The notes: generated by a model not told the origin, from the sequence alone. A stretch of DNA of 64,000 nt from an uncultured Gemmatimonadaceae bacterium (GCA_964449145.1 CAYUYF010000006.1:2847-66846); one strand, 5' to 3'; shown: positions 35,301 to 44,904, numbered from the stretch's first letter. Program-made: numbers and translations.

Positions 35301-36449
35301 TCAGACCTGGAAGCCGGTCACGAGGCGCTGGACCACGAGGTTCCAGCCGTCGGCCAGCACGAAGAGCATCAGCTTGAATGGCAGGGAGATCATCACCGGC
35401 GGGAGCATGAACATGCCCATGCTCATGAGCACCGAGGCCACGATCAAATCCACCACCACGAACGGCAGGAAGATCACGAACCCCATCTGGAAGGCGGTGC
35501 GGAGCTCACTGGTCACGAACGCGGCCGTGATCGTCAGCGTGGGCAGGGCCTCGAGGCTATCCGCGTCCTCCTGGCCGGTCAGCTGGGCAAAGGTGCCGAG
35601 GTCCTTTTCCCGGGTGTTGGCGAGCATGAACTCCCGCAGCGGGCTCACCGCATTGCGGTACGCCTCGACCTGGCTCATCTGGCCGCTGAGGTAGGGTTGC
35701 AGCGCGGTGGTATTGGCCCGCTCCATGACCGGCTGCATGACCACGCCGGTGAGCAGCACCGCCAGCGCCACGAGCAACTGCCCGGGCGGCGCCGTCTGGG
35801 TGCCGATCCCGGTTCGCACGAAGTGCAGCACGATCAGGATCCGGGTGAAGCTGGTCATCAGCAGGAACACGGCGGGCAGCAGGGTCATCGCGCCCATGAA
35901 CACCACGATGCCCACCGCGCCCGACAGCTGCAGCGATTCCGCGCCCTGCCCGATGGTGAGCGAGACCTTGGGCGCCAGCGGGCCCTGCACCGCCTGCGCC
36001 TGGAGCACGCGGGTGCCGAGCCAGGCGCCGGCCACCGGAGCGCCGGGGGACGCCGGCCCCGGCACCGCCGGGGCGAGCGTCATCAGGCCGGCCACCAGCG
36101 AGACCACCTTGAGCCGCCGGGCCAGTGCCGGGAACGAGAATGCCCCGCTGGCGACCGGCTGGGCGGCCGCCGGATCCGGGGCCGCACCACTCAGCGCGCC
36201 CTCGAGATCGGCACCGTCGAGTTCGGTGAGCAGCTGGGTCCCCCGATCGCTTACGGACACGACCAGGACCCGTTCACCCACCTGGAGCAGCGCCACGCCC
36301 TGCTTGGGGCCGGTTCCGATCCGGCGGAGGACGGCCAACGGTACGCCGCCGGCGCCGCCGCGCGCCCCTGGGGTGAACCGCTTGAGCAGCCACACCGACA
36401 GTCCCAGGCACCCGAGGGTCACCAGCAGGGCCGCGAAGGCTCCCAGCAT
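35301..36449 (-). CDS. fliP: FliO-FliP fusion protein (FliO-like TM/N-domain fused in frame to a complete FliP)
   Basis: aa 1-~100 look like FliO (TM LGAFAALLVTLGCLGLSVWLL, then VALLQVGERVLVVSVSDRGTQLLTEL). The rest is FliP (LMTSFTRILIVLHFVRTGIGTQTAPPGQ...FVVVDLIVASVLMSMGM). There is no stop codon between the two parts. Confidence 0.85.
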   Translation of the reverse strand: MLGAFAALLVTLGCLGLSVWLLKRFTPGARGGAGGVPLAVLRRIGTGPKQGVALLQVGERVLVVSVSDRGTQLLTELDGADLEGALSGAAPDPAAAQPVASGAFSFPALARRLKVVSLVAGLMTLAPAVPGPASPGAPVAGAWLGTRVLQAQAVQGPLAPKVSLTIGQGAESLQLSGAVGIVVFMGAMTLLPAVFLLMTSFTRILIVLHFVRTGIGTQTAPPGQLLVALAVLLTGVVMQPVMERANTTALQPYLSGQMSQVEAYRNAVSPLREFMLANTREKDLGTFAQLTGQEDADSLEALPTLTITAAFVTSELRTAFQMGFVIFLPFVVVDLIVASVLMSMGMFMLPPVMISLPFKLMLFVLADGWNLVVQRLVTGFQV

Positions 36450-36841
36450 CAGGCCGACTCCCGGGCCATGGCGGTCTGGGCCGACCCGCCAAGGATGCGG
36501 GTGATGCGCACCCCGAAATGCTCCCCGATGACGACCACCTCGCCCTCGGCGAGCTTGCGGTCGGAGATGAAGATGTCGATCGGCTCCCCCACCATCCGGT
36601 CCAGCTGGATGACCGAGCCGTTGCCGAGCTCGAGCACCTCCTGGACGGTGAGATGGGTGCGGCCGAACTCGATCGCCACCGGCATCGAGACATCAAGCAG
36701 GGTCTCGAGCGAGCCGCCAAATCCCGCCGCCCCTCTGCCCGAGGCAGGGGACAGCTCCGCGAGGTCGGGAGCCTTGGCGGCTGGGGTGGCCGGACTGCGG
36801 CCGCCGGTGGCTGCTGGCCGGTCCGTCTCATTCTGGTCCAT
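36449..36841 (-). CDS. fliN: Flagellar C-ring protein FliN
   Basis: SpoA domain LLDVSMPVAIEFGRTHLTVQEVLELGNGSVIQLDR...GEVVVIGEHFGVRI. Confidence 0.9.
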   Translation of the reverse strand: MDQNETDRPAATGGRSPATPAAKAPDLAELSPASGRGAAGFGGSLETLLDVSMPVAIEFGRTHLTVQEVLELGNGSVIQLDRMVGEPIDIFISDRKLAEGEVVVIGEHFGVRITRILGGSAQTAMARESA

Positions 36842-36844
36842 GAT

Positions 36845-37849
36845 TCACACCAATCTTCCGCGGGACGCCTTGGGCGCCCCCTCGGGTCGCTGGGGGTTCA
36901 ATGCCTGGGAAACGCGGAGACCGACGCAGTGCTGACTCTGGCCCAGGGTGCCGAGGAATCGGCGCTGGCCACGGATGTGGAGCTCGACCGGGACATCGTA
37001 GGTGTGGCCGGTATGAATCACCTGGCCCACGGCCAGTCGGTTGACTTCACCCGCCCTGAGGTGAAACAGCGGGAAGCGCGCGGTCACCTCGAGCCGGGAC
37101 GCCCGCAGCGCATCCTCGATGCTGTGGCGGGCGGCCTCCCGCTCCGTGGCGCTCATCCGGATGCTGTGGAAGTGCCGGGCGGGCTTCTCCTGCAGGAAAC
37201 TCTCGAGAGACAACAGCGGGATACACATGGTAATGGGCCCCGCAAAGGCACCGGTGCGCACCTCGATAATGCAGACCAGCACGCTGTCTTCGCGGTTCGC
37301 CACCTGCAGGGCATCCGGGACGGACTCGAAGCCCGCATACGCCGGGGCCAGGAGGAGGTGGTCGGCCCATGCCTCCTTGACCAGCCCCTGGATCTTGTCG
37401 GAGATCCCGCGGACGACGCTGCGCTCCAGCAGCGTGAGCGGGCGTTTCATGTCGTGCATCTCGCCGGTGCCGCCGAACAGCCGGTCCACCAGCACATAGG
37501 AGAATTCGGTCCCCAGATCGAGCACTCCCTGGCCGCCGATCTTGTCACCGAGGTCGTACACGTAGGCCGCACAGGGTGAGGCAAGCGAGAAGATGAACTC
37601 GGCGAAGGTGGCTTGTTCCACGCTGGCCACCGTCACGTCGACGGGAGTCCGCAGCCGGGAACTGAGCAGCGCCTGAACCGACACCCCGATGCGCTGATAG
37701 ATGCCGTTGAGCAGGGTCTGCCGGTCTTTGGCAATCCGGGGTGGACGCAGGAAGTTGTACGGCACGACCTCGACCGCCCCTGCTTCCGGGGATGGCGCCG
37801 CGCCCCCGAGCAGGCTGTCGATGTCCTTCTGGGAAAACACGTCGGCCAT
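36845..37849 (-). CDS. fliM: Flagellar C-ring protein FliM
   Basis: N-terminal CheY-P-binding peptide VFSQKDIDSLLG, a FliM middle domain, and a C-terminal SpoA-like region. Confidence 0.92.
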   Translation of the reverse strand: MADVFSQKDIDSLLGGAAPSPEAGAVEVVPYNFLRPPRIAKDRQTLLNGIYQRIGVSVQALLSSRLRTPVDVTVASVEQATFAEFIFSLASPCAAYVYDLGDKIGGQGVLDLGTEFSYVLVDRLFGGTGEMHDMKRPLTLLERSVVRGISDKIQGLVKEAWADHLLLAPAYAGFESVPDALQVANREDSVLVCIIEVRTGAFAGPITMCIPLLSLESFLQEKPARHFHSIRMSATEREAARHSIEDALRASRLEVTARFPLFHLRAGEVNRLAVGQVIHTGHTYDVPVELHIRGQRRFLGTLGQSQHCVGLRVSQALNPQRPEGAPKASRGRLV

Positions 37850-37858
37850 ATCAGGGGC

Positions 37859-38404
37859 TCACTGGATGACGAACTGCGGCAGGTAGACCTGAACCGGCAC
37901 CGAGGGCCCGACCAGCGTCGCGGCCATCGCGGCGATTTGCACCTTGAGGGAATCCCGCGCCCCGGGTGCCGTCAGCTGGGCCATGGTGCGACTTTCCAGG
38001 ATGGAGGTCACCCGGTCACGGACCTCGATCTCATGCGACTCCAGGATCTGGTAGGCCTCCTCGCCCACGATGGAGAGCGCCACCGTGGTCATCAGGAACC
38101 GGCTCCCCTGGGAGCCGGCGGGGTTGACGATGATATTGGTCAGCTCCAGCACCTTGCGATCCGAGGGCTTGATCGGAGTGACCTCCGGGACGCCATGGCC
38201 GCCGGTGGAATCGCTCCCCATGGCAGACCGGCCGATGATCCGAGGGGCGATCAGCAGACTCGCCACCAGGCCGCCGAGGATCGCGCCGCCGAGGGTCAGG
38301 CCGACGAGCAGGGGGGTCTTTTTACCGCCGGGTGGGGCGGTCTCCGTCGCCGGGGCCGCTGCCCCGGCCGCTGCCGCTCCCGCCGCCGCTGCTGCTTCCG
38401 CCAT
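37859..38404 (-). CDS. fliL: Flagellar basal-body-associated protein FliL
   Basis: Ala-rich N-terminus, a single transmembrane segment (LLVGLTLGGAILGGLVASLLI), and FliL-type periplasmic motifs (NPAGSQGSRFL...). Confidence 0.85.
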   Translation of the reverse strand: MAEAAAAAGAAAAGAAAPATETAPPGGKKTPLLVGLTLGGAILGGLVASLLIAPRIIGRSAMGSDSTGGHGVPEVTPIKPSDRKVLELTNIIVNPAGSQGSRFLMTTVALSIVGEEAYQILESHEIEVRDRVTSILESRTMAQLTAPGARDSLKVQIAAMAATLVGPSVPVQVYLPQFVIQ

Positions 38405-38465
38405 GACACCGCCTCACTCAGGGTGGAGATCTTCGCCGGACTGGACATCCGTGCCCCCTCCTTGG

Positions 38466-38480
38466 GCAACCGGCGTACCA
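38466..38480 (-). promoter_or_regulatory. Weaker sigma54-like promoter candidate for the fliL-...-fliA operon
   Basis: The minus strand reads TGGTAC-GCCGG-TTGC-C, with one mismatch in the -24 box, about 60 nt upstream of fliL ATG 38404. Confidence 0.35.
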
Positions 38481-38638
38481 ACCCGGCAGTCTCATCCAAG
38501 CGGTTGTCAGCGCATGACTTGGCCCATGGGCGGGAATCCATCTCGTGGCTGGGGGGAAAAGAGTGCCGAGCGGAGCGGGAGGACTTGCCGGGGGGAACTC
38601 ACTTCAGTCCGCGGCGAGGCTCGGGGATCCAACGCGAC

Positions 38639-38696
38639 GAGCAGGGTCCTCCGCTGTACCGGAGAACCCTGCTCGGAGCGCGCGTCGCGGCGCGCG
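38639..38696 (-). terminator. Two GC-rich hairpins downstream of flgE (terminator/attenuator or mRNA-stabilising structure)
   Basis: 38639-38674 is a 15-position stem (14 bp, 1 mismatch) GAGCAGGGTCCTCCG/CGGAGAACCCTGCTC with loop CTGTAC. 38679-38696 is CGCGCG-TCGCGG-CGCGCG. Neither has a clear U-tract. Confidence 0.4.
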
Positions 38697-38709
38697 AGGC
38701 ACCGTCAGA

Positions 38710-40800
38710 CTACCGCTTCAGATTCACCAGCTCCGTCAGCATCTCGTCGGCGGTGGTGATCACTCGCGCGTTGGCCTGGAAGCCGCGCTGCGCGATGATC
38801 ATGTTGGTGAACTCCTCCGACAGGTCCACGTTGGAGCTCTCCAGCGCCCCCGGGGTGATCGTGGACTGGTTGCTGGTCCCCGAGAAGCCCACGATGGCGC
38901 CGCCCGAGTTGGCCGATTCCCCGTACATGTTGTCGCCCTGGCGCAGCAGGCCGCTGGGGTTGTTGAAGGAGGCCAGCGCGATCTGGGCCAGGGTCTGGTT
39001 GACCCCATTGGTGAAGTACCCGGTGATCACGCCCAGCGAGTCCACGCTGATGTCCTGCAGATTGCCCATCGGATAGCCGTCCTGGGCGCTCGCCACGGCG
39101 TTCGACGGACTGGCGAACTGGGACAGACCGTTGATGTCGCCGAGGAGCCCCGAGTCGAGCTGGAGATCCACCGGCGCGGTCGCGCCGCTGCCCGGATCGA
39201 ACTGGAAGCTGTTGCCGCCCCCGCTGTAGGCGAAGGTCTCCAGCCGGCCGTCGGAATCGAACGTCACGTAGCCGCTGCCACCGCCGGTTACTACCCCGGG
39301 CGATGGCACGGTGGCGTTCCACAGCCACCGGTTGGGCGCCGTGGGATCCTTGGTGAAGGCCATGCTCAGGCTGATCGGCGTGCCGATCGAGTCGTACACC
39401 GTGATGGCCGCCTGGTGGGTCACGTCGCTCGCCGCCTGGCGTTCGACGTAGTTGCCGGCCCGGCTGTCGAAGATGCTGTTGAAGCTGCCGGCGCCTGCGG
39501 CGGCGCTGCGGATGTTGAGCCCGCTCAGCGCGTTGACCAGGCCACCGTCTCCCGTGATCGCGAGCGACCCGGAGGTCGTGTCGATCGTGGCGCCGGTGAT
39601 GTTGGTCAGGCCCAGGGTGGTGTTGATGGTAGCCAGCAGCTGGCCGTAGGTGGTGCCGGCTCCGACCGCGACGCTGCCGGAGGTCACCGGGACGCCACCT
39701 TCATTGCCATCGATGTTGATCGTATTGCCGGCTGAGAGGCCCAGGCTCTGACCGCTGCCGTTACGCAGCTCGGTGATCAGATCCGTGGCCGACGCGACAT
39801 GGCTGAACTCATCGGACGAGGCGGTCGCGGCAGCGGCGAGCGCCCCGTTGGCCGCGCCCAGCGCTTTGAGCAGGGCCGGGTTCGAGCTGGTGAAGCTCAG
39901 GTTGATGCCCGCGATCGCCGTGAAGTCCAGGGCGCCGGTGGCATTGTTCTGCACCACGCTCAGGGTGTTGAAGCCGCCCGCGCCAAAGTTGTTGTTGATC
40001 TCGGCGACCAGGTCCTTCAGGCTGTGGAAGTCGAAGGTCCCGACCCCGGTATCGGCGGCGACGTAGGTGTAGGTCTGGCTGTTGGTGCCATCCGTCAGGG
40101 TCACCGTGGTGCTGTTGGGCACCATGCCCAGCACGGAGGCGTTGGCCGCGCCGTTGGCATACAGCCCCGTCATGTCGGACCCGAGGCCGCCGTTGCTGCC
40201 GCTCTGCTCGATCCCGTAGACCCGGCCCTGGGTCGCCAGGATCGTGCCCTTGGGCTGCTGCCGAGCATCCAGGTTGCCGGTCAGCGTGACATTGGAGGTC
40301 GCCCGCGCCGGCGACTTCTTGCCGAACGGGAGCGAGATGTCGGTGATCGCCGACCCGGTGGAGAGCACACCGTTGGAATCGGCGTTGATGCCCTGCACCT
40401 TGAAGCCGTTGGCCGGCGAGACCATGCGCCCGTTGGCGTCGAGCTGGAAGTTGCCCGCGCGGGTGTAGTAGTTCCGGCTGCCGTCGCTCAGCACAAAGAG
40501 CCCATCGCCCTGGATGGCGAGATCGGTGCTCTGGCCAGTCGACTCCAGGTTCCCCTGGGAGAAGTTCTGGTCGATGCTGCCGATCTTCGATCCCAGACCG
40601 ATCTGGATCGGGTTGATGCCACCCTGGTCGCCGGGCGGACGGCTGGCGCCCTGCAGCAGCTGTGCAAACGCTTCTGCGAAGGTCACCCGGGAGCCCTTGT
40701 AGGCCACCGTGTTGACGTTGGCGATGTTGTTGCCGATTACGTCCATGCGGGTCTGGTGATTACGCAGCCCCGAGACGCCGGCGAAGAGCGACCGCATCAT
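38710..40800 (-). CDS. flgE: Flagellar hook protein FlgE (long, 696 aa)
   Basis: N-terminus MMRSLFAGVSGLRNHQTRMDVIGNNIANVNTVAYK; C-terminus LESSNVDLSEEFTNMIIAQRGFQANARVITT. The central domains are large and Gly/Thr/Ser-rich. Confidence 0.93.
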   Translation of the reverse strand: MMRSLFAGVSGLRNHQTRMDVIGNNIANVNTVAYKGSRVTFAEAFAQLLQGASRPPGDQGGINPIQIGLGSKIGSIDQNFSQGNLESTGQSTDLAIQGDGLFVLSDGSRNYYTRAGNFQLDANGRMVSPANGFKVQGINADSNGVLSTGSAITDISLPFGKKSPARATSNVTLTGNLDARQQPKGTILATQGRVYGIEQSGSNGGLGSDMTGLYANGAANASVLGMVPNSTTVTLTDGTNSQTYTYVAADTGVGTFDFHSLKDLVAEINNNFGAGGFNTLSVVQNNATGALDFTAIAGINLSFTSSNPALLKALGAANGALAAAATASSDEFSHVASATDLITELRNGSGQSLGLSAGNTINIDGNEGGVPVTSGSVAVGAGTTYGQLLATINTTLGLTNITGATIDTTSGSLAITGDGGLVNALSGLNIRSAAAGAGSFNSIFDSRAGNYVERQAASDVTHQAAITVYDSIGTPISLSMAFTKDPTAPNRWLWNATVPSPGVVTGGGSGYVTFDSDGRLETFAYSGGGNSFQFDPGSGATAPVDLQLDSGLLGDINGLSQFASPSNAVASAQDGYPMGNLQDISVDSLGVITGYFTNGVNQTLAQIALASFNNPSGLLRQGDNMYGESANSGGAIVGFSGTSNQSTITPGALESSNVDLSEEFTNMIIAQRGFQANARVITTADEMLTELVNLKR

Positions 40801-41528
40801 GGCAGCACTGGCTCCGCGGATGAGGGAAGAATGCGGGCGCTGGTAACTGCAGCCAGAGCGGCTGCGCCCACGGGAGCCCGCTCGACCTCGACGACGTTGT
40901 CGAGCGGGAAGTTGAGTGTACCGGCACGCAGGATGACGGTGCCGTTCTGAAAGGTGACGCCGTCCACCACGCCCTGGGTGTAGGTCTGGACGGGAATGTC
41001 GGCGCCCGTCACGGACGTCACGGTGACATCATAGCTGTAGCTGCCGGCCGGGAGGTCGCCCACGTTGAACGTCTGGCGGCCGGCCTCACGGAATCCCATC
41101 GGCTTGGTGGCAATCTCGTTGCCCTCCAGATCACGGATCGTCAGCACGGCCTGCCCGCCGCCGGTGCCGATGTCCACCGCGACCGAGGGAGACTCACCCG
41201 CTCCCACCTCGATCCGGTTGCCGGCCGCGAGCACCTGCCGGCCGATGAAGGAGGCGCCTAGATCGGCCTTGAGGGCCAGCGTGGACAGCGAACTGGCGTC
41301 CATCTGGTCCTGCAGGATCTTTTCGATGTTGACCATTCGTTCCAGGCTGGAGAACTGCGCCAGCTGCGAAGCGAACTGCTCCGGGTTGGTCGGACTGAGA
41401 GGATCCTGGTGCCGGAGCTGGGTCACGAGCAGGCGGAGAAACTCCTCCTTGCCCAGTTCCTTGTTGCCGGCGCCGGTGCCCAAGACTGGCGCCTGGACGG
41501 CGGCACGCTGAATCGCTGCTGGCATCAC
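40797..41528 (-). CDS. flgD: Flagellar hook cap protein FlgD
   Basis: LGKEEFLRLLVTQLRHQDPLSPT... plus a FlgD Ig-like C-terminus. ATGA overlap with flgE. Confidence 0.9.
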   Translation of the reverse strand: MMPAAIQRAAVQAPVLGTGAGNKELGKEEFLRLLVTQLRHQDPLSPTNPEQFASQLAQFSSLERMVNIEKILQDQMDASSLSTLALKADLGASFIGRQVLAAGNRIEVGAGESPSVAVDIGTGGGQAVLTIRDLEGNEIATKPMGFREAGRQTFNVGDLPAGSYSYDVTVTSVTGADIPVQTYTQGVVDGVTFQNGTVILRAGTLNFPLDNVVEVERAPVGAAALAAVTSARILPSSAEPVLP

Positions 41529-41534
41529 GGCTGC

Positions 41535-43916
41535 TTACCTCCCACGATCATCAGGATCGCGCTGGCGGGGACGCCCCTGGGGATGGCGCTGCTGCCCATC
41601 ACCCTGACGTTCCTGCTCTCGACGGCCGTGTCCCTGGCGCTGGTCGCCCGCCGGCTGCTCCGTGCCGCGCGGTACTTCCACATCGGTCCTTACTCCATTT
41701 GCCGCGCCGGCCCAGACCGGGCCGGCCTCCGTCGAGCGCTGAATCGTCACTCGGGGCTCGGCGAACCCCCGCCGGACCAGCGCCGCGGTCAGGTCATCCA
41801 TGCGCCGCTCCAGCTGGCGGGCTGACTCTCCGTCAGGCGGCACGATGGTCGCCCGCACCTGCTCGCCCACGACCGCCACCCTGATGCGGGTCTGCTGGCC
41901 GGCGTCGTCGGCGACGGTGATCGTCACCCGATCGGCAATCCCTGCCGCCCGCGGCATCACATCTCCCTCATTGGGCAGGTTGCGTGCCTCACGCGGCGGA
42001 AGCGCCGACACTCGCCCGTCCGCCGGCGCCACGGGCTCCCCGACGGGGGCCGAAAGCGATGTCAGCATGGAGCTTGGCCCGCTCGCCGTATCGCCCGCGC
42101 CAGTCCGCTCCGGCTCCGCAGGCTCCGGTCTGGCGGGCAATGCCCGGGGAAGCTCCTGCCGGGACGCCGGAACGTTTGGAGGCGTCGGCGTCCCTGGGCG
42201 CGTGGCCACGATCGCCTGACGGGATCCCGGAGCTGCCGCCGGAACCGGCACCGGCTCCACCCGCGGCCTCGGGCGGACGACCGGCGCGGCCCCCTGCCCC
42301 CCCACCGGCACCTCTACTGATTCCGTGATGATGGGGGCGTGGGACTCGGGACCACGATCCACCGGCCTCGCGGCCTCATGCCTCAAGACTGTGGATGGAG
42401 CTGGCCCGGGCGCTGGACCCGGCGCCTGTACCGCCACCGCAGCCGGCCGCGCGGGCCCCGCGCTCATGACGGGTACAGCCTCCCCGGAGACCGGCGCCCG
42501 TGGCGCGAACAGCGGAGCCGCCCTGGCCGCTTCCGGCCGAGGTGGGGCGCTCTTGGGTTCAGTCGAGTGACGGGGGATGCTTCTGGCGCTCCGCTCGACC
42601 ACCATCTCCTGAACCTCTCCCGCCCCCAACAGCTCGGCCAGCGCACCGGCCATGGCGCTGGCGCGAACGGGAGACCCGCCAGCGGGCTCTTGTACGCGCA
42701 CCAGGTCAGCGGTCACCCCCTGGTACGCTCCCGAGGCGGCAGCATGCCCGCCCCCGCGCCCGGACCGAGACGTCGCCGCTTCTGGGCCCCGTGCGTCGGC
42801 CGACTCGCGATGCGCCGCCGGCTGCGGTGTCACACCTGCAAAGGCGATGGCACCCGTCTGACGGAGGATCGCGTCGCCACCGGTTGAGACAACGTCTGCC
42901 ACGACCGGTTCCTGCTCCCCGATCTCCCGGAACCTGGGGCGCGGCTCACTCCGTGGTGCTTCAGCTGCTGGCAGGTCACGGGGGACAGCGCCTCCCGCCG
43001 CGTGAACCGAGGCGTCTCGGCTCCCCGCGGCCAATGGCAACTCCGATACGGAGTGATCGGGCCGCGTGGCATCCGGCACGGGGTGATCTGGTCGCACGTC
43101 ATCCGGCTCCCCGGCGGCACTCGGCGACGCTGAGGCCCGCGGCGCAGGCTCGGTGACGGGCAACGGCATCAGTCGATCAGCCCGCGGCGCTTCGGTACTG
43201 TTCATGATCGCCGCGGTATTGCGGGGTGCCACGCCATCGTGAGGCTGCCGCGATCGGACGGTCGCCGCTGGCAGTGGCGCTCTCGGCTCGGCGCGCTCTG
43301 ACTGCGATGGCTTGCCTGCCACGAGGAGACCCGGAGCAGCATCCATTGCCCTCGCCGCCGGCTTGGCCACCGGCCCGCCGGTGTTGGTGGTGGCGTCGGG
43401 TTCAGGAGCAGTCTCTTCGATCTTCTGCCGTGGCATGGGCTCAGCCGAGGCATTCGCTGACCGCGCCCGGCTCGGAGAGGCCGGACCGGCGGACTCCGCC
43501 AGTGCCAGGGGCGTTCGCTCAGGCGCGGTTCCAGCGGCGGCGCGGTCCTCAGGCCCCCGCACAGGTAGCGCCGAACCGCTGCCCGCAATTCTCGGCCGGA
43601 AGTTCGGCAGTTCCGGTCCCGGTTCAATATCCAGCCCGGGGCCTGGTGCAGGCGTCGGCTCCACCTCCGACACCGGCGGCGTGGTCGCTCCCGGGCTCTC
43701 GTCATCAGCCGCCGCCTCGCCCTCCAGCGGCTCCTCCGCGGTCGACGGCGGGTCCGGAGATGGGACGGCCATGGCCGGTGTCCCCGGCGACGGCACAGGA
43801 AGCAGTGCCATCGCGACGACCAGCGCCTGGGCAAAGGCGACGGTGTCGCCCGCCGACGCGGGCGGCGGCGCGTCCGGAGCGGTCAGGCCAGCGAGGAACG
43901 AGATCGGACCGGTCAC
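41535..43916 (-). CDS. fliK: Flagellar hook-length control protein FliK (very long, Pro/Ala-rich)
   Basis: The C-terminal FliK-type domain (RVTITVADDAGQQTRIRVAVVGEQVRATIVPPDGESARQLERRMDDLTAALVRRGF) follows about 650 aa of low-complexity ruler. It sits between the ylxF-like gene and flgD. Confidence 0.75.
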   Translation of the reverse strand: MTGPISFLAGLTAPDAPPPASAGDTVAFAQALVVAMALLPVPSPGTPAMAVPSPDPPSTAEEPLEGEAAADDESPGATTPPVSEVEPTPAPGPGLDIEPGPELPNFRPRIAGSGSALPVRGPEDRAAAGTAPERTPLALAESAGPASPSRARSANASAEPMPRQKIEETAPEPDATTNTGGPVAKPAARAMDAAPGLLVAGKPSQSERAEPRAPLPAATVRSRQPHDGVAPRNTAAIMNSTEAPRADRLMPLPVTEPAPRASASPSAAGEPDDVRPDHPVPDATRPDHSVSELPLAAGSRDASVHAAGGAVPRDLPAAEAPRSEPRPRFREIGEQEPVVADVVSTGGDAILRQTGAIAFAGVTPQPAAHRESADARGPEAATSRSGRGGGHAAASGAYQGVTADLVRVQEPAGGSPVRASAMAGALAELLGAGEVQEMVVERSARSIPRHSTEPKSAPPRPEAARAAPLFAPRAPVSGEAVPVMSAGPARPAAVAVQAPGPAPGPAPSTVLRHEAARPVDRGPESHAPIITESVEVPVGGQGAAPVVRPRPRVEPVPVPAAAPGSRQAIVATRPGTPTPPNVPASRQELPRALPARPEPAEPERTGAGDTASGPSSMLTSLSAPVGEPVAPADGRVSALPPREARNLPNEGDVMPRAAGIADRVTITVADDAGQQTRIRVAVVGEQVRATIVPPDGESARQLERRMDDLTAALVRRGFAEPRVTIQRSTEAGPVWAGAANGVRTDVEVPRGTEQPAGDQRQGHGRREQERQGDGQQRHPQGRPRQRDPDDRGR

Positions 43917-44452
43917 CGGGCAGGCGCCTTCTCATCAGGCTTGAGCAGCCGGCGGCTCAACACCCCGGCTCGCTCCACGGAGAGATTCGCCAGGAAGTCC
44001 GCCGCCTGACGAGGGCCGACGGCACGGAGGATACCTTCGACCTCATCGTCCGAGAGCTGCGTGAGCACCTTGGCTGCCTGTGGCGGTTTCATGGCGGCAA
44101 GCACCCGCGCTACCTGCTTGTAGGCGGCCGCCAGTGCCGCCGGATCCGGCTCGATGTGCCGGGGCGGCTGGACAACCGGGGCCGGGCTGTCCGGTCGGTG
44201 CGGCGTCGGCTCAGGTGCGAGGGTGTGCACGGTCGGCTCGACCGCACTCGCCGCCGAGTCGGGCCGCGCCGTGTCCGGCCGCACCGCGGCGGCCGTGTCG
44301 GCGCTGCTGCTGTCCGCATGGCTGGCGGGCACGGGCTCGGGTTGCGACGCCACCGCATCGGGTACCGGGACGTGGAGCTTGACCATCACGCCGGTGGTCG
44401 CCGCTGCGGACACCAGGAACGCGATGGTCGCGAAGATGATTGCCTTGGTCAT
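43913..44452 (-). CDS. MgtE_N-like flagellar protein (YlxF/FlbB-like)
   Basis: N-terminal transmembrane segment and a C-terminus MKPPQAAKVLTQLSDDEVEGILRAVGPRQAADFL. It occupies the fliJ-X-fliK slot held by ylxF in Bacillus. Confidence 0.6.
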   Translation of the reverse strand: MTKAIIFATIAFLVSAAATTGVMVKLHVPVPDAVASQPEPVPASHADSSSADTAAAVRPDTARPDSAASAVEPTVHTLAPEPTPHRPDSPAPVVQPPRHIEPDPAALAAAYKQVARVLAAMKPPQAAKVLTQLSDDEVEGILRAVGPRQAADFLANLSVERAGVLSRRLLKPDEKAPAR

Positions 44453-44904
44453 ATCGGTCCTCCCTTTTCCAGCCTGACGCGTCCCAGGGCAGTCTCATCG
44501 TTGATGCCCTGCTCCCAGCGCTGGTACTCGCCAGTCCAGGCGACGCGGCGCTGTTCCCGGAGTCGCTCCAGCACCCTCCGATCGCGGCGCGCCTGCTCGT
44601 ACTGCTGCCGTTCGGCCTCAAGACGCTCGAGGGCCTGTTCGTGGGTCGCCGCGAGCTCATCCGCCTGCCGCGTGAGGGCGGAGACGCTCAGCTCCAGATT
44701 GCGGAAGGTCCCGGCCCGCAGACCCACGCGCGCGGTGCCGGACAGCTGGGCGCGGGCTTCCGCCAGACGGGTTTCCCCCTGGCGCAGCGCCTCACGACCG
44801 GCCTCCTCCTCATTGAGGGCCTGAGCCAGCTCCCGGGCCCGTTCCTTCTCCGCGGCCTGGCGCAGCTCCAGGATGCGCTCCAATCGAAAGGCGAATCGCT
44901 TCAT
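44449..44904 (-). CDS. fliJ: Flagellar export chaperone/stalk protein FliJ
   Basis: 151-aa coiled coil beginning MKRFAFRLERILELRQ, located downstream of fliI. Confidence 0.8.
   Translation of the reverse strand: MKRFAFRLERILELRQAAEKERARELAQALNEEEAGREALRQGETRLAEARAQLSGTARVGLRAGTFRNLELSVSALTRQADELAATHEQALERLEAERQQYEQARRDRRVLERLREQRRVAWTGEYQRWEQGINDETALGRVRLEKGGPI

Noticed and set aside
41535-43916. The 793-aa Pro/Ala-rich ORF considered as a spurious low-complexity frame or a tandem repeat array.
   Set aside because: It has a FliK-type C-terminal domain, correct synteny (fliJ-ylxF-like-X-flgD) and start/stop coupling to its neighbours. I could not see exact DNA tandem repeats.
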